Source: Isurus oxyrinchus (Eukaryota). From it: a stretch of 64,000 nucleotides of DNA. The position numbers and the translations under genes were made by a program. Positions 62,600 through 64,000 of the stretch are shown one piece after another. Location of the stretch: positions 91,636,001-91,700,000 of the forward strand of contig JANJGN010000013.1 in the NCBI GenBank assembly GCA_026770705.1, in the 5' to 3' direction. The notes beneath the pieces are model-generated. The model was not told where the DNA came from. It ran no database searches and saw only the letters and a program-made list of their open reading frames with translations. How positions within the stretch are numbered: the first letter of the stretch is position 1; each line of letters opens with the position of its first letter.

Positions 62600-63030
62600 A
62601 TTTCATAAGCTTAATAGGCCATCCAGTCTGCTTATCAGCCTGAAATATTCATTCCCTTCACCACTGGCGTGTCATTGTTGCTGTGCACACCATCCACAGG
62701 ATGCAACTCGCTTAAGGCTTCTTAGACTGTACTCTCCCGCAAAATCCCAATCTTAACCATCTAGGAGATGATTGAAAGGCAACTGTATTGGAATATCATC
62801 ACCTCCAAGTTACCCCCTAAGGCACGTACTATCCCAACTTGGACATGTATCATCATTTCTTCACTGACGCTTTGTCAAAATTCTGGAATTTGATATCCAA
62901 CAGGACTGCGGGAATATCTTCACCACACGGATTACATTGATTCAATAAGACATCTCACAACCATCACCTTCCCAACAACAATTTGGAATGGGCAATAATT
63001 GCTGACCTTGTTAACCTATTCTTCCAAGAC
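62600..63030 (+). mobile_element. Old 3' fragment related to the LINE family at 49801-52880
   Basis: Degenerate match to 46244-46662 (ccatctagga...catcacctccaagtt...gtcaaaattctggaat...gggcaataattgctg). Confidence 0.65.
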
Positions 63031-63418
63031 TGAATTTTTTTTAAATTAGGCAATGGATGAATGCTCAGTACAACTCCTATCTCATCTCAAGATTTTTGTA
63101 AATTTCATTGAAAATAAATAATTCCAAACTCCTTTAGAGCACACACACACACGGTACAAGAATCAAATCAGTGATCCAGCCAGTAATGCAGTTCACAGCC
63201 TGCATGGCTTTTTATCCATTAAAACATGTGGCTAGGAAGGAATACTGGTAGGATGTGTTGACTCTATTGTAAAATCTATTTCATTCTTTTTACTAGACTG
63301 CACTGAACCTTGAAGAACACATGGGGACAAGGAGTGAGATGGGATTAGATTAGATCACTCCAGTGCATAGCTGCAAAAGCTGTCATCTCTTTGACTCTGT
63401 GACATTTGGTAAATCTAT

Positions 63419-64000
63419 GAGCAGGATTTTCAGGGTGTCAGGCAGGCGTGGTGGGTGGGCCCGGGAGTGGCCGGGAAACAGTCCACCACTTACAATCAGC
63501 CCCCGACCGCGATTTCACGCTGACTGGCCAATTAACGGCCTGCCAGGGTGAAAGGCGCACTGAAATGCTCAGCACTTCCGGGGTGGAGGTGGGAGGAGGG
63601 CGAGTGCTGAAGTCCGCGCATGCGCTGCGGAGTGGGCAACGAAAGCTCCCCAAAGGCAGAGAGCTGACTCAGGGAGCTGAAGAACTTTAAAACCAGAAAT
63701 AAAGTTGATGAAAGTCTGAAAAAACTGTCCCCACATAGGACTCACTCACATGCACATATACATAATAAAATTTATGTCAAAACATTTTAATTTAAAAAAA
63801 GATTAATGTCGGAAACCTAATCCCGCCCGTGGATGTGGCTTCCACAAAAATGCAAAGACAGCCTGGCCCATTTGCCAGCCCACCAACAGCACGTTGGACA
63901 GGCAGCGAAAAAGTGACACTTAATTAATAAATTAATGGCCTCAATAGGCCTCTTAATTGTTGGCAGGCGCACTGACTCTCGTACGTACCCGCCGACTGAA
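63419..64000 (+). mobile_element. GC-rich Harbinger-type non-autonomous element (runs off the window)
   Basis: Starts GAGCAGGATTTTC; colinear with 36086-36670. Confidence 0.85.

Overview
Repeat-dense vertebrate non-coding DNA, most likely from a shark (inferred from the repeat families, not proven). I recognise no host protein-coding exon, RNA gene or CRISPR array, so this looks like a large intron or intergenic region. It is filled with decayed mobile elements: CR1 LINEs, a near full-length single-ORF CR1/L2-group LINE and its partner tRNA-headed SINE, DeuSINE-like SINEs, two Penelope-like (GIY-YIG) retroelement families with hammerhead-ribozyme motifs, a Harbinger transposon remnant with many MITEs, an RTE fragment and one or two solo LTRs. 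Main points of interest: (1) an apparently intact minimal hammerhead ribozyme at 11976-12009; (2) a LINE carrying the same tRNA-like Pol III head as the SINE that looks like its internal deletion derivative; (3) a 1.9 kb 18-bp minisatellite that is open on both strands, with an AGCT-dense G-rich strand; (4) a locally templated inverted insertion flanked by a ~58-bp duplication; (5) several multi-layer transposon nests. Family names come from motif recognition only, and boundaries of old repeats are approximate.
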